Below are positions 63,637 to 64,000 of a DNA stretch of 64,000 nt, piece after piece. The position numbers and the translations under genes were made by a program. Under the pieces are notes generated by a model, which saw only the letters and a list, made by a program, of their open reading frames with translations, was not told the origin of the DNA and did no database searches. The stretch comes from a virus (lineage: Duplodnaviria > Heunggongvirae > Uroviricota > Caudoviricetes). Within the stretch, counting starts at the first letter, position 1. Every line of letters starts with the position of its first letter. The stretch is from IMG/VR virus record IMGVR_UViG_3300022468_000286. The stretch is one strand, 5' to 3'.

Positions 63637-63720
63637 TGGCAGATAATCGTAAGCAATCAAAGCCTATCCAATCACGGGACCGTAAAGCCGCACGGGAAAA
63701 CAAACGTTTTGCAGGCTAAA
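63637..63720 (+). CDS. Micro-ORF (27 aa) with consensus RBS
   Basis: aaaggagg lies 7 nt before the ATG. It encodes MADNRKQSKPIQSRDRKAARENKRFAG. Confidence 0.25.
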
Positions 63721-63768
63721 TCTGAGTTATAATCAACCTTTCTTTTCTTTCTTCTTTTAGGATATATC

Positions 63769-63990
63769 ATGCAATACGGTAAGACAATTCTGGTTTCTTC
63801 TATCGGTGAATTCAAGGGTATTAAGCCCGGACAATGGGTCCAGATTGAAACGGGATCGCGTGGGCAATATCTCGGGACTACTGATAACGGCGCGGCGGTA
63901 ATTCGCTGGCAAAACCAGAATTTTGCGCGCCGTGATGCTGTCAATAATAAGCACCTGCGACGCTTTGCTAAAACCTACGGTAGCAAATAA
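63769..63990 (+). CDS. Hypothetical protein
   Basis: 73 aa. Confidence 0.3.
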   Translation: MQYGKTILVSSIGEFKGIKPGQWVQIETGSRGQYLGTTDNGAAVIRWQNQNFARRDAVNNKHLRRFAKTYGSK

Positions 63991-64000
63991 TCCGCAGTAA

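Overview
This window appears to be part of a large lytic tailed-phage genome with a long non-contractile (siphovirus-type) tail. I worked from motifs I could read directly in the six-frame translations; no database search was possible.

Layout:
- 1-16.1 kb, + strand: structural and lysis module. It holds the C-terminal end of an upstream head gene, four small head-tail joining proteins, the major tail protein, a tail-assembly chaperone pair with a probable programmed frameshift, and a 1960-aa tape measure protein. After these come a minor tail protein, a split tail fibre (N-terminal anchor plus a BNR/Asp-box receptor-binding protein) and a holin-like protein. The lysis cassette ends the module with a SAR-type GH24 endolysin and embedded Rz/Rz1-type spanins. 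Five hairpin-plus-T-run intrinsic terminators are annotated across this region; four of them close on a UUCG tetraloop.
- ~16.15 kb: a bidirectional terminator where the + strand module meets the minus-strand block.
- 16.2-57.1 kb, minus strand: a ~41 kb replication / nucleotide-metabolism block.
  - Ribonucleotide-reductase large subunit split by a group I intron carrying a LAGLIDADG homing endonuclease.
  - Thioredoxin, ThyX, dCMP deaminase, MazG-like and dNTP-pyrophosphohydrolase-like proteins.
  - Family-A DNA polymerase, T7 gp4-like primase-helicase, ATP-dependent DNA ligase, FEN/5'-3' exonuclease, DEDD exonuclease, EndoVII-like resolvase, SSB and an HU-like protein.
  - rIIA and rIIB.
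  - Three HNH homing endonucleases.
  - NAMPT plus an NMNAT-Nudix NAD-salvage pair.
  - An RNA-end healing/sealing set: polynucleotide-kinase-like P-loop kinase, calcineurin-type phosphoesterase, two RNA-ligase-like nucleotidyltransferases, a CCA-head-like minimal nucleotidyltransferase and a macro-domain protein.
  - Two tRNAs: tRNA-Arg(UCU), and an unusual long-variable-arm tRNA with a CAU anticodon.
- 55.6 and 57.1 kb: near-identical sigma70-type promoters with a shared leader. These drive minus-strand operons and sit opposite a + strand promoter.
- 57.4-62.5 kb, + strand: many small early-type genes, including an Imm-like superinfection immunity protein, paralogous small membrane proteins and a secreted SleB-like cell-wall hydrolase.
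- 62.5-63.5 kb: a non-coding region with 3.35 copies of a 40-bp tandem repeat containing internal palindromes, and two perfect DnaA boxes. I read this as an origin or regulatory candidate.

The most unusual accessory content is a cluster encoding a small membrane protein, an SPFH lipoprotein, a bona fide type-IV-pilin-like protein and an LMW-PTP-like phosphatase. Also notable are a stand-alone pol-beta-type nucleotidyltransferase and a GC-rich island ORF.
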